Source: Rhina ancylostomus (taxonomy: Eukaryota). From it: a stretch of 64,000 nt of DNA. The translations under genes and the position numbers were made by a program. The stretch covers positions 20,276,896 to 20,340,895 of the forward strand of contig JARFYF010000055.1 of assembly GCA_030265395.1 (NCBI GenBank), read 5' to 3'. Positions within the stretch are counted from its first letter, which is position 1. Every line of letters begins with the position of its first letter. Shown here in pieces: positions 39,996 to 52,238 of this stretch. Under the pieces are notes generated by a model. The model saw only the letters and a list, made by a program, of their open reading frames with translations, was not told the DNA's origin and made no database searches.

Positions 39996-41777
39996 TTGCA
40001 TTGTCTGTATCTGAGCTAGCAGCAGCACTGTGAAAGTTGGACATTGAGAATGGGAAAAACCACTGAACATGCCACATTTATTCAATTATTAAAAAAATGA
40101 CAATACAGTCATTGATATCTTTGTCTCAGTTATGTCTTTTTTGTTTCATTATGAAATACTAACTTTAATGTCAGTACTTTGATGTGCAAACAAGTCCACA
40201 TCATACAGTCTACTGCTACAAGATTGTTAAGTATTTAAACATTTTTGGGTTCAATAATTTTGTTACATTTGAAAGCTGTTGATAATGGATACAAGTCATT
40301 CATTCAAGTCATTTTGAACTTCTGGTAATAGTGTTTGTAGAGATGGGGTTGCTGCTCCAAGTCTCTCTAGACTTCCCAACTACAGTCTGCTCCATTCACG
40401 CCTGCAGATCGATCAATTGGAGAGAAGGTTAGTGATAATCACATGGGCTGTAACTGCAGACAGCAAGTTGAAGTCCATTTTCACCTTCAAATACAAATCG
40501 ATTTCTCATAGTTTCCCTTGTAATATTACACTCAAATAACTCTTTCACAGATATAGACCAACTGTGAAGAATAATCAATGGCTCATGCACACTCTAAAGG
40601 ACAGCATCATTTAGATTAATTTTCTAGATGTGTTTACACATGTTTTTAGTAAGCTATTGACTGTATACAAGCTGTTATTGTTCATTCCCCAGTATACAAC
40701 TCTGATTGAAGTATGTCCTATGTTGCTAGTCACTTTGGGATAATCATCATTATATGACATCTTGACATTTGACAACATTCTGGACTTTATTTGCAACTTT
40801 TAGGCAAGCAATTACTCTTTAACCACTTTACTGGTGATTTTTGGTAAGTTCCTGCGATGGGATGCTACACATAAGCGACAAAGAAAATGTCAGTTTGTTG
40901 CTTCCATAGTGACTAAGGCTGGACTAAGTGGGTAACATTGTTTTCAGCAGCTTTTGCCATATGTTTATCAATAAAGAATAATTCATTTACCAATGGAGTA
41001 TAAGGCAATTTCTGTTTCATACAAGCACAAATCTGCTCTATATTCATTTCCAAGGATGGAAAATGCTATCTTTACTGCAAGTAATTCAGTGTTACAAAAA
41101 AATCAAATTCATAGTCCTGAGCAGAAATAGACCCTTCCTCGGGTGACAGAAGTGATATCCTTATTATGTATCAGATTCCATGCAAAGTTCTACATATCAC
41201 ATTCAATTACAATGGAATGCCAAACCTTTCAACCCATTATTAAGAAAAAAACATTTTATATCTAGAATCAGGGGAAACATTTTGAAAAACAATGCCACAA
41301 ATAAAATGGCACATTTAATCTTTCATTACTCTACCCTGTCAAATCAATGCTCCATCCACCAGACCTAATTCAAACCATGACCAATCCTCATAAGCATGTC
41401 AAAGCTTCAGATTCATAGAAGGAAATATTCAACATCGAGATTGATTTGATTGGATTAATGGGATTAATTGATATATTTTCTCCATTAAAACAAGAATAAT
41501 AAGGTGAAGTATATATCTTAATGTGTTGCTGATAATGACAATGATGCTTTGAAAATGGACTGATTTTATGTCTCTGCGCCTAAAGGACCATGGACACAAA
41601 ATTCATCTATGCCAGATTAGTCTTCAGAGAGTAGCCTGTTTCACATTGCATTCAGTCTGTACCTTAGTCAATATAGAACTCTCAACAAAAAAAATGAAAT
41701 CCTCATTTTATAATTTCAACTGTGACAGTAAAGCACTATTGTCCAACTATTCAGAAATCCTGATGGTTCAGCATCAA

Positions 41778-42515
41778 GCTCACCAGGTACTGATTCCTAT
41801 GCTCCCTTTCCACTCACTAGGTCCTTGTTTCCCACACTCTCTTTAAATTCACAGGGCCCCTTTTCCTATACTCACTTTAAATTCACCAGGTCCCCATTTC
41901 CCATGGTCCTGTTAAATTTATCTGCATCTATTCACCACGCTCNNNNNNNNNNNNNNNNNNNNNNNNNNNNNNNNNNNNNNNNNNNNNNNNNNNNNNNNNN
42001 NNNNNNNNNNNNNNNNNNNNNNNNNNNNNNNNNNNNNNNNNNTTCACCACGCTCCCTTGAAACTAACTAGGGCCTCAGTTCTAGCCCTGCTTTTCTACTC
42101 ACCAGGGCCCCACTCCCCAGCTCCTTCTAAATTTACTAGGACCACAGTTCACATGTTCCCTTTAAACTCACAATGGCCCAGGTTCCCATGCTCCCTTTCA
42201 CTCACCAGGGCCCGATTCCCTGTGTTCCCTGTAAGCTCAGCAGGGCCCCAGTTCCCAAACTTACTCTGAACTCACCAGGGTCCTGTTTCCTGTGTTCCCT
42301 CTAAACTCAGCAGGGCCTCAGTTCCTATGCTCCCTTTTACTCACCACAGCTCCAATTCCCACGCTTCCTTTCAGTCAACAGTGCCCCTATTCCTGCACTC
42401 CCTTGAAACTCACCAGGGTCCCTGTTCCCGCCCTCGTTTTCACTCACCAGGACCCAGGATCCCGTGCTCCCTTTAAACACAAGTGGGTCCTGTCCCCAGG
42501 CATCATTTAAATTCC
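41778..42515. repeat. Degenerate minisatellite, ~34-35 bp unit (consensus ~ACTCACCAGGGCCCCnGTTCCCATGCTCCCTTTAA)
   Basis: More than 15 visible units such as ACTCACCAGGGCCCGATTCCCTGTGTTCCCTGTAA; spans a 100-N gap. Confidence 0.9.
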
Positions 42516-44429
42516 CTGAAGACTAGCTCTTTGATTTTCCTTTGAATCTAGTAAGTTGAAGAAATGCAATAGTTCCACTGATTCCTGGGAATCTCTGGCC
42601 TGTCGCCACTCAAAGCAAAGAAGGAGCATTTGAGATGGTAGGAAGACTATCAAGGCCAAGCATTATGAGCACAATCAGACCCTACACAGGCGGCAGATGG
42701 AACTGACCAGCTCACAAACTACGCACCCACTTCATCAATCACCATTTATGGAACAATCTGCTGTTCCCACATTGGTATCATTAACCACCCCAGAACCCAC
42801 AAAACCAAAGTGGAAGTCATCCTCAATCCCAAGGGACTACCTAAGAAGATTTAAGCTCTGCCAGGGTGTCTACTGAGTACCTCTTCTTTGTTAGTTAATT
42901 GTTTGGGAGACCCCTCATATGCAATGATCCAACTATAAAATTAAGCATGTCTTGTGTACCTTCCTGTTCTTCTATTTGATACCCTCAGAATAAACTAATA
43001 GTTGCTTATGTCTTCCATTTTGATAATCATTGTGTAAACACCATATCTTTTTCTTTCTTATTTCTTTTACTGAACTCTTACTTTATTTTGTACATTAATT
43101 CACAATTTATCTGAAAACATTTAGTCAAAATATATGAGCAATCTAAAGAGTACAACAAGTGAAAAATCTACAATCAACTTTCAAAACACAAATTCACAAA
43201 AGTTCACCTTACAGTTCACAAAAAAAATTGTACACTCATATCCATTGGACTAAGCAAGTCAGGAGGATATACACAATTGTGCAAGAACATGGTACTTGTC
43301 AATAAATCCCAACATCCACCAATCAATATAAATCATACACTAGACCCAGAGCTTTAGTCACTTAGATCTTGTTTTTAGTTCATTAGCTCAGGGAGCTTAT
43401 CACTTAACTCAAACCCAAAACCTGTATAAAGCTCACATACATATTTTGTGGTACAATATTCTCCTGCCATTTTACTTTCCTCTATTTTTTTCCCAGCAAT
43501 CATTCTCCTCAGTATGGAAAAAGAATCTTAAAAAGTGCTCTCAATATGTAACATCGTCTCTTTATCAACAATAGAAATTATCTCCTTTCTGCAACAACTC
43601 AATCTAGATCAACCACACAGGAGATTTCACCTCAGGAATCCCAGCAGTCTAGCATTGTAGCAATGGTTCTGCAAAAAGAGAATGCAGTCTACAGAGAAGA
43701 TATTACCATATTTTGTAATCACACTGGTTTTAGTCTCCAGACATCTACTGCTTCACACTGTTGTGCTTGCCAGCTACTCTACCTTGACCAACACTTCTAT
43801 ACTTCCCATGACTGTGAAACACTGATCCCTTTAAAACACTATTTTTCCAGCTTCTATAATTTTGGGGCCATTATATTTTATTTGTTGGCAATAGCAAAGT
43901 GTGAAAGGTAAAGGATAGATGGCTAAATATAAAAGGAACAGAAGCACTTTATTACAAAGAAGAAATAAATAAGTTTCTTTGGAGTGGCTATTAGTGTAAA
44001 CAACTTCCCTAAAACACATTTTATTGAATTAGTTAAATTATTTGTGAAGTATAATGGCATTCCAAGGTATAAATTATAGTCCAAGTGCTGGATAAACAAA
44101 ACTAATTTGTGAGTCTGAGATTTATAACATCCAACTAAACTATATATATACATTTTTTTAAATGCTAGGTGTGTGGAAAATGAAAATATTTGAACATGTT
44201 ACTGCTGCCAGTACTTTTTAATGTAATAAGGAGTAGAACAAACAAATAAAAGATAACATTCAATCTATATTATCCATTAATCATTTATAAAAAGTAAAAC
44301 TATGGGTTGCACAATTCCTGTTCGCAACTTGTTACCTCAAATTTCAGTTATGCAGTCTTATCAACATTCATTGCTGTCAATACCTATGCCAACATTTCCC
44401 ATTCAATTTTATTATGTCAACTGTCACAA

Positions 44430-44463
44430 TGCAGTGTCAGGGTCTGGCCATTAGGTGGCTCTC
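44430..44463 (+). promoter_or_regulatory. Candidate CTCF site (core plus upstream motif)
   Basis: TGCAGTGTC-N6-TGGCCATTAGGTGGCTCTC resembles the CTCF core CCASYAGRKGGCRS preceded by the TGCAG upstream module at typical spacing. Confidence 0.55.
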
Positions 44464-45689
44464 TGGCTTGAATAGACGAGATCTGCCCCAGATCAGTACC
44501 CCAAATATAAAACAAAACTTTTGTTACCGACAAATGCGGACAAAGTCATCATAATTCCTTAATAATATGAAGAATTTTGTCAGCAGGTCCAAACATCATA
44601 TTTCTTTAAACAGATGACGGACAGACTTAAAATGCCGAATGGTTCTGAGCTGCAGCCTGCAACTGACAAGCACATGCTAGTCTGCAAAATTCTCTGCATA
44701 AACAGCAATTAAACTCTGAGTGGCCCCAGGCTCCATTTGCATATAGCAATTAAACTTTCTAACCTTAAAAGGACAGACTAATGTAAATAAATCTCCATCT
44801 TAACGACAGAATAAAACATGATGCATTACCTGATTTAATATTCCTGTCATTATAAAACTTCAGCTAATTACTATTATGACCGGTCATCTAATGCCACTAT
44901 ATATCATTCAATTTACCATGAGCAATATCACAGCAGATCCATTAGTCTGTGACAGATTAGAAGTTTTACATCCCACAAGCATCTTTCACAATTCAGAAGT
45001 CACAATTTTAACTGTCAGTCTTTGTCTCAGCTTAAACACAGAGAAAAGTTCATCACTGAGCTGAAAGCAATAACAATTGCCCTCCAATTGACTTCAGCAA
45101 TCTGAGTTGCTACAACTACCTGAAGGTCCATCCTTAAATTAGTAACTTTAATCAAACTGGCCAGATTTGGACCTAAACAATAAATGTTCTGTAGACTATC
45201 ATTGTAGACTATCACATTACAATCAAATGCAAAGAAATACTACTGAAGATAGACAGCAGATCTTGAGAACATCTCAACAAAAGAGGTGAATGTTTCAAGA
45301 GGAAAGCCACATCCAAAGACCTTCACTGTGACTGTTAACCTGTTCTTGTTCTTTTTCTTTTCTGATCCATAGTAGCCTACTTGCTAGTCCTGTCTGGGTT
45401 TATTTTCCAGATTATTAGCATCTCTCTTTACCTGCTCATACTTCTGTAAAACTCTATAAAAATACCAACTGTAGCTTCACCACTGCAGTGGCATCCTGGC
45501 CAGTGAAAATAACCAATTCACCAAGAATGAATTCTACTGTGAGCAATTGCTCTGAGGAAGGAAACCAATTCTCCTGGGGAAACTTGTCAACGCATAACAC
45601 ACCCATCAGAAAAGATTGAATCCCTAGGGGAAAAAAATGAATAGCAAGCTGACAAATTCCTTCAGATTTTGAAAGAACTTGAAAGGGTG

Positions 45690-45935
45690 GAGATGTTTCC
45701 ACCTGTGAGGGAGTTGAGAATGGAATCCATTAGAGAATTCATAAGTTTTACACATTGAACAATTGCAATGCTTTAGAAGCATACAAGGGCAAACTAGACA
45801 GATCAATAATGGAAGAACTAGAGGGTTATATTGATGTGGTTTGATGAACTCATGTGGAAGAGGCTCATGTGGAATATAAACACCACAATTCCCTATTTTG
45901 CCAAATAGCCTCTTTCTGAGCTGTGAATAGTAATA
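45690..45935 (+). mobile_element. Old CR1 3' fragment
   Basis: GATGTTTCCACCTGTG..GGAAGAGGCTCATGTGGAATATAAACACC..GCCAAATAGCCTCTTTCTGAGCTGT. Confidence 0.55.
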
Positions 45936-46129
45936 ATTCAATTCATACAACCAACTATTTTGATACTCTGGCTCACAGTAAAGAAACTTTCCAAAGCATT
46001 GTGTGTTACTACAAATATACTAGATGGGCATTATACCAAATATAGTTGCATTAAAATTGTATATCTAAAACTACCGTAAATCAATAACAATAGCAGAATA
46101 ATATTCCATAATCAGTAACATTGATTCTA

Positions 46130-46660
46130 GATGAATCACAATTACATCAGATGTGGGTTATTACTCCAGGCATTCATCAAGAATATATCTTTGGGACTCT
46201 TCAGCCAGTTAATGAGCTCCCTCACAAAGTCAGAAGTTGGGGCTGCACAACATTCAGTCCTATACGTAGCTCTTCAGATACAAAAGTAATCCATGTCTGC
46301 ATACATCAAGAGCTGGACAACATTCAGGCATGGGCTAATCAGTGGCAAGTAACACTACACCATATAAGTGGCAGGCATCCCCAATAAGAAAAAGACAAAC
46401 CATCGACCCTTGACATTCAACAGTATTACCACTGCCAAACCTGCCAAAAACATCCCGAGCAATGCCTTAAGATTACCCAAAATAGCAACTTAAATATTGG
46501 GACTATGAAAGTGCATCACACATCAGGGATCCCCCATGAGTGGCTCAGCTTCCAGCTTCCACAAAGCCTTTCCACCATCCACAGTACATGAGCATTCTCC
46601 ACTTGTCTGGCTGACTGAAATTTAAAAACCTTGACACCACCCAGGGCAGAAAACTTTACT
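46130..46660 (+). mobile_element. Non-LTR (CR1/L2 superfamily) RT fragment
   Basis: IHQELDNIQAWANQWQVT and downstream LTFNSIT motifs. Confidence 0.75.
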
Positions 46661-46789
46661 TAAATGACAATCATAAAACTGCATGTAAGAAATCTGAAAA
46701 TAAAAACATAAACTATTAGAAGCTCTTCACAAGTCAGGCACTTGTGAGAAAAGAATGTTAAAGGTCAGTGGTTAGACTTTCTCTTGTTG

Positions 46790-47640
46790 GACTAGTCATT
46801 GTCTGTCACTATTGTGATACAAATGTTACTTACTACTAATCAGCCCATGTCTAAATATTGAAGACTTGGACTGCTTTCATTTGTTGAGAGGTTACAAATG
46901 GATTTGAGTATTATGCAATCATAGGCAAACATCCTTACTTCCATCCTTATGATGAAAAGAAAGTCATTGATGAAGCAGCCAAAGATGGTTGCCCTAGGAA
47001 TGAGGAATGCTTTCAGTGCCTCTGGCTGGAATGATCGACCTCCAATAACCACAATCAACTTCCTTAGTGCAAGAAACCATTTCAACCATTCAAATGTTTT
47101 CCCTTTAATACTCATTAACTTCAGTTTTACCAAAACTCCTTGATGCCACAATCACTCAAATATTGGCTAGATATCATTGGCCATTATTCTCATCTCACCT
47201 CTGAAATTCTTTGATCCATGTAAGTACCGCATGATAGTGTTGTTGACATCAACTTCCATCATTTCATAAATGATTGAGAGTAGACTGATTGAGTGGTAAC
47301 TCACCAAATTGTATTTGTAACTGCACTGGAGCAGCTTGACTGAAAGTGCAGCTAGTTCTGGACGACATGTAGCACAGTTAGGACATTGTCTAGCATTGTA
47401 GCCTTAACTGCATTCAATGCTCTCAGCCATTTTTTGATATCATACAATGCAAGTGACTGTCGATTGGCTGTTGTGATGTTGTCGATTTCTGGACAAAGCA
47501 GAGGTGACTCATCTATTTGACCCTTCTGGCTGAACATGGTTGCAAATTGTTCAGCCTTTAGTCACATCTTGGGCCCTGACATCATTGAGAATGGGGATGT
47601 TCTTGGAGCCTCCTCCTGTTGGTTATTTAATTGCCCACCA
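46790..47640 (-). mobile_element. Non-LTR (CR1/L2 superfamily) RT fragment
   Basis: ORF 46840-47151 WHQGVLVKL..IKGKTFEWL...TIFGCFIND...MFAYDC (decayed FADD); 47352-47537 DIKKWLRALNAVKA..DN. Confidence 0.85.
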
Positions 47641-47819
47641 CTCCTCTCAACCACATAATGATAAGAATGCAGGCCTTCAGCACTCCCTTGGTATCAATTA
47701 CTGGTAATAATTACTCCTGTATTCTGTGAAAAATAACTCATCCTGAGCATCTAACTGCCTGTGATACTGAGCAATAACTCCTCGCCCCATCTCATGATAC
47801 TAGCATTCCAACCTCCTGT

Positions 47820-47897
47820 CATAATGTAGTGTAGATGTGTGCTTGATGGTTGGCATGGTCTCGATGGTCCAAAAGGCCCGTAGCTGCGCTGTATCTC
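47820..47897 (+). mobile_element. CR1/SINE 3' tail abutting the PSMB2 promoter
   Basis: GATGGTTGGCATGGTCTCGATGGTCCAAAAGGCCCGTAGCTGCGCTGTAT matches the CR1-type tail. Confidence 0.6.
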
Positions 47898-48400
47898 CCA
47901 GAGACCCCCCCTGTCCCCCTCGCCCAGTGACCCGTCCCATCCCGACCCCATCTCCCAGTAACCCGACCCGTCCCGTTCCCCTCCCCACGTGACCCGTCCC
48001 GGCTCCCGCTCATCCTCGGCACTGCCCGGTCATGTGGTTTGCCTGGCCTCAGATCTCGCGGTGGCCCCGGTGGTGACGTCATCATCCTGCGCCGGCAGTG
48101 AATTGCTGTCTCACCGGGCCACTGCTCCGTTCCTGTCGCCTCCATCCACGGACTGTTGGTGAGCGGGTCCCGCCATGGAGTACCTGGTCGGTATTCAGGG
48201 CAGGGACTTTGTACTGGTGGCGTCTGACACCGTGGCTGCCAGCAACATCGTCGCCATGAAGCACGGTATGGTGGGGAGGGGCAGTCGGCACGACGCCGCG
48301 CTTGGGCCAGGGCCCTGTCCCTGGGAAGTGAGGGCTCCGGGGCTGGAGCTGCAGCAGCGATACTACCGGCCCCAGTAGTGGAGAAATGCTCCCTGACATG
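47880..48400 (+). promoter_or_regulatory. CpG-island promoter / 5' end of PSMB2
   Basis: The only strongly GC- and CpG-rich stretch in the window, and it overlaps exon 1. Contains CACGTG (47986-47991), GTCATGTGG (48029-48037), TCTCGCG (48054-48060), CRE TGACGTCA (48074-48081) and an ARE-like GTGAGACAGCAATT on - (48101-48114). No obvious TATA box. Confidence 0.85.
48175..48265 (+). CDS. PSMB2: Proteasome subunit beta type-2, coding exon 1 ([30 protein letters not shown] + first base of D)
   Basis: Translation closely matches the vertebrate PSMB2 N-terminus ([29 protein letters not shown]). Strong Kozak context GCCATGG; 91 nt; phase-1 donor GTATGG at 48266. Confidence 0.97.
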
Positions 48401-48857
48401 GCTTTTCTGGGAGCATCGCAGTGGAAAACCATAAATAAATTGCGTTAGAAATAGATACTTTCTGGGAAGGTTCAAGATGTCGATCAGCATCTATAGCGGG
48501 AACACAAAGCAGGCCAGTCGTCAACACAGTCAAATGCATTATCAAGTTAACACTTGTTAAAGGTCATTGGTGACCTAGTTAATACGTATCCCTTAATATC
48601 ACTAACAGAGGCAATTGGAACATCACAACACTGCAGATGATGGAAATCTGTAATTAAAAACAGAAAATGCTCAAGGACTCTGCAGGTCAAGTAGTGGAAT
48701 GAGGAAGCACCTGCCCTACAGATGATTTGCAACATTTTTTTGGCTCTATTTCCCCAAAAGAGTTAGTTGGTCAGTTTGGGGGTGCTTTTTGCAAATTGTT
48801 CCCTATTTGGCAACAGTGATTGGACTCTGAGATGTTCTAAAAGTGAAATTCTGAAAA

Positions 48858-49385
48858 ATGGAATTTAATCCTGATAAATGCAATATGATCCATTTTGTGA
48901 AGTCAAAAAGGAGTAGGGCGTATACAGTAAACGATAGGGCACTAAGAAATGTTGATGAATGGAGACAGCTTGGGGTCCAAATTCATAGTTCCTGGAAAAT
49001 AGCAATCCACGTCAACTGGATGGTGAAGAAGGCATATGGCATTCTTGCCTTCATTAGTTGGGGCATTGAATATAAGAGCTGGAATGTTATCTTACAATTT
49101 TAAGAAACTGTTGGTCAGGTGTATTGTGTGCAGCCTGGTTGCTGCAGTATAGGAAGGATGTGATTGTGCTGGAGAGAGTGTAGGGGAGATTCACTAGAAT
49201 GGACGTTAGTTATGCAGAGAGATTGGATAGGCTAGGCATGTTTTCTCTGCAGCAGAGGAGGCTGGGGGTGATCTGAATGTAAGACTATGAGAAGCATAGA
49301 TAGGTAAGATAGTCAGAATCCCTTTCCCATGGCTGGGTTATCAAAAACAGGAGGTCATTTATCTAAGGTGAGAAACAGGAGTTTA
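48858..49385 (+). mobile_element. CR1 LINE fragment in PSMB2 intron 1
   Basis: MEFNPDKCNMIHF...LGVQIHSSWK...VKKAYGILAFISWGIEYKS. Confidence 0.9.
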
Positions 49386-50774
49386 TGCAACTCTGCTTGA
49401 AAATTGCCATTTAATGTGTTCCCAGCACTTCAAGAGGTAATGCATTGCAGTGCCAAACAATTAGATATGTTCTCCCCATTTGGGTGAAATAGTAGAAAAA
49501 TTAATTGCTGGTAGAATTGTAGATTTTAGTGAGTTTAGGTTTCGTAGACTTTGACAGCACATTTCTGGGTTTATACAGATCATGTGACTTTGATTCATCT
49601 GAAGTAATAGATTTAAAATTTCCATTCTTAAAAAGAAACAAAATAGATTCTCAGTAGCTGAGAATATTGACACGTTAGCTTAGGAACCTGCTCACTACTG
49701 GAGATGTTTTGCTGTTACATGTTGTCATTTATCTGTANNNNNNNNNNTAAGATTTTTATATTAATCTGCATAGAAAGTCATTTGTGTAAAATGATGCACT
49801 GTCAAATTTGCGAGAGTCCTAGGCTATTTGATTAATAAGAAACTAATTGTGTATACATTTATAAGACCCAATTAGGCATCAATGCAATCATATCTTTGAT
49901 ATTATTATGGGTGAGTGATTGGTGCTGGTGTTTTCTTTGTAAGTCAATAAATAACTTTTTTCATACTTTAAATTGTGAAAATGCTGATCACAGAAATGTT
50001 AGAACAGCATCTTCTCTGTTAGTTAAAATGTTAAAACAGGTTGCAACATTGCCTGCAGGTAATTATTCAAACATAATTTTAAAATATACCTTGCACCTAA
50101 TTCACATTTAATTAGCAATTACAGTGTAACCAGAGTCCTGTTAAATATTTAAAAAATCTTTTGGGCATGTTTAAAAATAAATTGATTAAATACATGTGAA
50201 TATTTGATTCTTTATCTGAAAATTGTATATTAGATAATTAACCACTACTGATACCGTGAAAAAAGTTTTTCATAATTTCTAAAATAATCGTAGTACTTAT
50301 TACATCATGCTCCAAGTGCAGCAAAGCATTTTGAAGATGAAGTTTTCTGAAATACACAATGGTGGACATCTAGAATGCTTCTCTAATAAACTATAAAGAA
50401 CATTGAAATTACTGCCTTTGGAAGTTAAAAATGGATTATTTTAAAAAGTTGCATTTTAAGGCAGCCTTCAGAGGCTGTAAATTGTAATTTGATGCATAGA
50501 AGACTTCTCAGCAATAATGTGATACGCAAAGACTACTACAGCCTAATTATATTGACCCATAATATTTACATCCCAGTCATCACCTTTCACATGTTATTTT
50601 AGTGTTTTCTTTAAGGTCTTGCTTCTGCACGTGGTATTCTTAAGAAAAATGAAAGTGAAAGAATAGCTAGGAATGTTGAACTGCCAGTTTCAAAGAGACA
50701 AAATGGAGATCAGCATTTTATATAAGCTATAATTGTTTGCCATCAACAAAGCCTTTAAAGGCTTCCATTCAAGC

Positions 50775-52238
50775 ATAGAATATTACAGCACAGTACAGGT
50801 CCTTTGGCCCACAATGTTGTGCCAACAGTTTATCCTGCTCTGTTATCTATCTAAGCCTTCCCTCCCACATAGCCCTCCATTTTTCTATCATTCATGTGGC
50901 TGTCTGAGAGTCCCTTAAATGCCCCTAATGTATCTGCCCCCACAACCTCTGTTGGCAGTGCGTTCCACTCACCCCCCCCCCCATATCTTCCTCCAATCAC
51001 CTTAAAATTATGCCCCTCGCGTTAGCCATTTTCACCCTGGGAGAAAGTTTCTGACTGTCCTCTCGATCTATGCCTCTTATCATTTTGTACATCTCTATCA
51101 AGTCACCCCTCATCTTCCTCTCCAAAGAGAAAAGCCCTAGCTTACTCAACCTATCCTCATAAGACATGCCCTCCAATCCAGGCAGCATCCTGGTTAATCT
51201 CTTCTATGCCCTTGCAGGGTCTTGACCCAAATTGTCGATTGTCCCTTCGCTCCATGGCAGCGGCTTGGTTTAGTTCCAGGTTCCAGTATCTACAGTCTCT
51301 TGTGTCTCCGTCACAGAATGTAGATCAGGTTGGACTATCCCGACCTTCTCATGAATTGTTGACTGAGAGTGCAGAGGGAAGGTGGCCGGTATAAAGAGAA
51401 CGGGAGTGGTCAGAAAGGGACCAACATCCCTCCTCGGTCCATCAGTCGCCTCCTGGCAGGGTTTTGACCTGAAACATGATTCCTTTCCCTCCCCACAGAT
51501 GCTGCTCAACCCGCTGAGTTCCTCCAGCAGATTGTTTTTTGCTCCAGATTCCAGCATCTGCAGTCTCCTGTGTCTCCAAGGATCAGGAATAAGCATCTCC
51601 AAGTTGTGTTCATTTCCATCCAACCATTGGAGAAAAACTTCCCAAGATGAGCTCCCAGGCTGAGCGAGCTGGAGCTTTTCTCTTTGGAGAGAAGGAGGAT
51701 GAGAAGTGACTTGATAGAGGTGTACAAGATGATAAGAGGCATAGATCGAGNNNNNNNNNNNNNNNNNNNNNNNNNNNNNNNNNNNNNNNNNNNNNNNNNN
51801 NNNNNNNNNNNNNNNNNNNNNNNNNNNNNNNNNNNNNNNNNNNNNNNNNNGCTAAGAGTCCTGCCATTAACCTTGTATTCTGCCTTCAAATTCGATCTTC
51901 CAAAGTGTATCACTTCACATTTTTCCAGGTTGAACTCCATCTGCCACTTCTCAACCCCAATATCCCGTTGTACTCTACAGCAACCTTCTACACTATCCAC
52001 AACACCACCAACCTTCATGTCATCGGCAAACTTACTAACCCACCCTTCCACATTCTCATCCAAATCATATATGAAAATCACAAAGAACAATGGTCCCAGA
52101 ACCGATCCCTGCGGAACACCACTGGGTCACCGACCTCCAGGCAGAATACGCTCCATCTACCACCATCTTCTGTCTTCTGTGGGCGAGCCAATTCTGAATC
52201 CACACAGCCAAGTTTCCCTGGATCCCATGCCTCCTGAC
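50775..52238 (-). mobile_element. Composite of CR1 fragments (mostly -, a short + piece at 51665-51750) with Penelope-like tails at about 51215-51310 and 51455-51577
   Basis: GWVSKFADDMKVGG...WQMEFNLEKCEVIHFG (intact FADD) and MLPGLEGMSYEDRLSKLGLFSLE; CCACAGATGCTGCTCAACCCGCTGAGTTCCTCCAGC. Confidence 0.88.

Noticed and set aside
41778-42515. CRISPR-like periodic array
   Set aside because: Eukaryotic context, no cas genes, and no unique spacers; it is a degenerate minisatellite.
48266-48378. C-terminal part of the 67-aa ORF starting at 48175
   Set aside because: Read-through into intron 1; PSMB2 similarity stops at the GT donor at 48266.
47819-48490. 223-aa ORF on the - strand (longest in the window)
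   Set aside because: Antisense shadow of the GC-rich CpG island and PSMB2 exon 1; Pro/Arg/Gly-rich with no recognisable domain, and it runs into a CR1 tail.
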